Shown piece after piece: positions 62,416 through 64,000 of a stretch of DNA of 64,000 nt (position 1 is the first letter of the stretch; each line of letters starts with the position of its first letter). The stretch comes from Candidatus Methylomirabilia bacterium (GTDB lineage Bacteria; Methylomirabilota; Methylomirabilia; Rokubacteriales; CSP1-6). The stretch covers positions 64,001-128,000 of the forward strand of contig JBHIBG010000002.1 in NCBI GenBank assembly GCA_046758965.1, given 5' to 3'. The translations under genes were made by a program, and so were the position numbers. A model generated the notes under the pieces. The model was not told the DNA's origin, ran no database searches, and saw only the letters and a list, made by a program, of their open reading frames with translations.

Positions 62416-62796
62416 GTTCCCAACCCTCCGTTATCCCGGCTCGGCCAGCAGAGCGCCCGCCGCCCTCAGGGGGCCGTGGAGAACTTGACCGCGTGGCGGC
62501 CCTGCCCGCGTGGCCGGTCGCTCGACCCCCCTGCGTCCGCCGAACTGGACGTGGGAGTCCACGCCGGCCGTCGGCAGGTTCCCCATCACCGTGCGGGCCT
62601 GCGAATCGCGCTTGAGTCGGCTCGCGTACTTGGGGCCGGGCCCTAAGATTCCTCGGCCATTTTACCACGCCATTCCCACGCCGTCAGGCAGGGGTCCTTC
62701 CCTTGCGATGCTGCCGCACGAGAAGTGGCGATCGGCCAGGTCCTCTGGCAAGCTCCTGGGCCGCCGCGTCACCGTGGAGGAAGCGCAGGCAAACCC

Positions 62797-64000
62797 TTAC
62801 GAGGCTCTGATGCCATATCGTTTCATCTTCTTAATCAGCCCCTGGCGACTCACACCCAACGCCTTCGCGGCGTGCACCTGATTCTGGCGACAGGCTTGCA
62901 ACGCTTCCAGGATCAGGCGCCTCTCGACTTGCTCCACCGTCTCTTTCAGTCGGCGACCTGGTGCCGACCGCGAATGCACCCCGTGGCCGCCAGCGCTCCG
63001 GAGGGCTTCCGAGAGATCCTCCTCTGTCACCGCTATTTGCCGAGCCAGGACCACCAACCGCTTGATCTCGTTCTCCAATTCCCTCACATTCCCCGGCCAG
63101 GGGTAGCTCATCAGGGATCTCAGCGCTCCTGGCGTGAGCTTCTTCGGCTCTTTCTTCATCTCCTGACAGTACTTGTCCAGAAAATGGACCGCTAAGAGCG
63201 GAATATCTTCCTGGATCTCTCGCAGTGGCGGCATGTGAATGTGGATCAGTTTCAAGCGATAGTACAGATCTTCGCGAAAGGTTCCTTTGCTGATCTCCGA
63301 TTCCAGGTCCCTCTTCGTGGCGGAGAGGACGCGGACATCCACCGGAATTCCTCTCCTCGCGCCGACCCGCTCCACCACTCTCTCCTGTAGCACGCGCAGA
63401 ATCTTGGCCTGCGCGACGAGGCTCAGATCTCCGATCTCGTCAAGGAACAACGTGCCGCCATCAGCCTCCTCGAACTTCCCAATACGGCGCTCCACGCCGG
63501 TCGCGACGCCTTTTTCGATCCCAAACAGCTCGCTTTCCACCAGGGCTTCCGGCAGCGCCGCGCAGTTCAGCGCGACGAACGGTCCCACGCGCGGGCTGCT
63601 GTAGTGAATGGCCCTCGCGAGCAGCTCCTTCCCAGTCCCGCTCTCCCCCGTAATCAACACATTGACGGAGCTGTCACTGATCTGCTCGATCAGCCTGAGG
63701 TTCCGTTGAATCTTCTCGCTCGTACCGATAACGTTTCTGATGGAAAATCTCCCCTCGACCTCTCTCCACAAATGAGTGTTCTCCCGCAGGAGGTGATCAT
63801 GGCTCTGCCTCAGCTCTTGGAGCAGTCGCACCGTTTCGATGGCAATCGCCACTTGCGAGGCTAGCGCTTTCAGAATCTCCTCGTCGTCCGCGGTGAACGC
63901 TCCCACCTTCTTGTTCAACACCTGAAATGTTCCGACACTCTCCCCCTCGTAATTTCGCAGCGGCACGGCCAGCAGACTTCGCGTCCGATACCCGGTGCGG
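62797..64000 (-). CDS. Sigma-54-dependent enhancer-binding protein with GAF domain (5' end outside window)
   Basis: GAF (QVLNKK..AFT..DE), GESGTGKE, GTLFLDEIG, FREDLYYRL, WPGNVREL, C-terminal HTH. Confidence 0.93.
   Translation of the reverse strand, partial: RTGYRTRSLLAVPLRNYEGESVGTFQVLNKKVGAFTADDEEILKALASQVAIAIETVRLLQELRQSHDHLLRENTHLWREVEGRFSIRNVIGTSEKIQRNLRLIEQISDSSVNVLITGESGTGKELLARAIHYSSPRVGPFVALNCAALPEALVESELFGIEKGVATGVERRIGKFEEADGGTLFLDEIGDLSLVAQAKILRVLQERVVERVGARRGIPVDVRVLSATKRDLESEISKGTFREDLYYRLKLIHIHMPPLREIQEDIPLLAVHFLDKYCQEMKKEPKKLTPGALRSLMSYPWPGNVRELENEIKRLVVLARQIAVTEEDLSEALRSAGGHGVHSRSAPGRRLKETVEQVERRLILEALQACRQNQVHAAKALGVSRQGLIKKMKRYGIRAS

Noticed and set aside
61660..62646. 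328-aa plus-strand ORF
   Set aside because: Shadow of the SYLF gene on the opposite strand.

Overview
GC-rich bacterial chromosomal window. The gene families (zinc-ribbon/cyclase/AAA/TPR giant, ABC substrate-binding remnant, ZapB-ZapA-6S-rny-ymdB block) suggest a Rokubacteria/Methylomirabilota-like organism; this is an inference. 1-10.1 kb: a compact operon with GriI/GriH-like (AroA'/AroB') enzymes, two PaaK-like adenylating ligases and an amidohydrolase, which matches the gene logic of 3,4-AHBA benzoxazole clusters, joined to a TPR + LolCDE/LolA-like + outer-membrane module. 10.3-16.8 kb: Cys-less thiolase/DUF35/CoA-transferase, leuCD-like genes and cimA. 16.8-30 kb: accessory hydrolases, nfi, a giant cyclase, a putative toxin-antitoxin pair, a PilZ protein, an OmpA/MotB repeat lipoprotein, RraA, HEAT/TPR and Kelch proteins. 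30-43.3 kb: housekeeping genes (ligA, orphan pheT, zapB/zapA, 6S RNA, rny, ymdB, folD, xseAB, ispA, eno, ftsB, tRNA-fMet). 43.3-64 kb: an accessory region starting at a duplicated tRNA 3' end. The most striking unannotated signal is a four-copy 38-40 bp upstream element at near-fixed distance from sigma-54-type promoters. It defines a putative envelope regulon that includes shuffled, unnamed protein modules linked to PilZ. Terminal remnants of the giant cyclase gene are also scattered at cargo-gene junctions. All product calls come from motif recognition by eye; no database searches were run.
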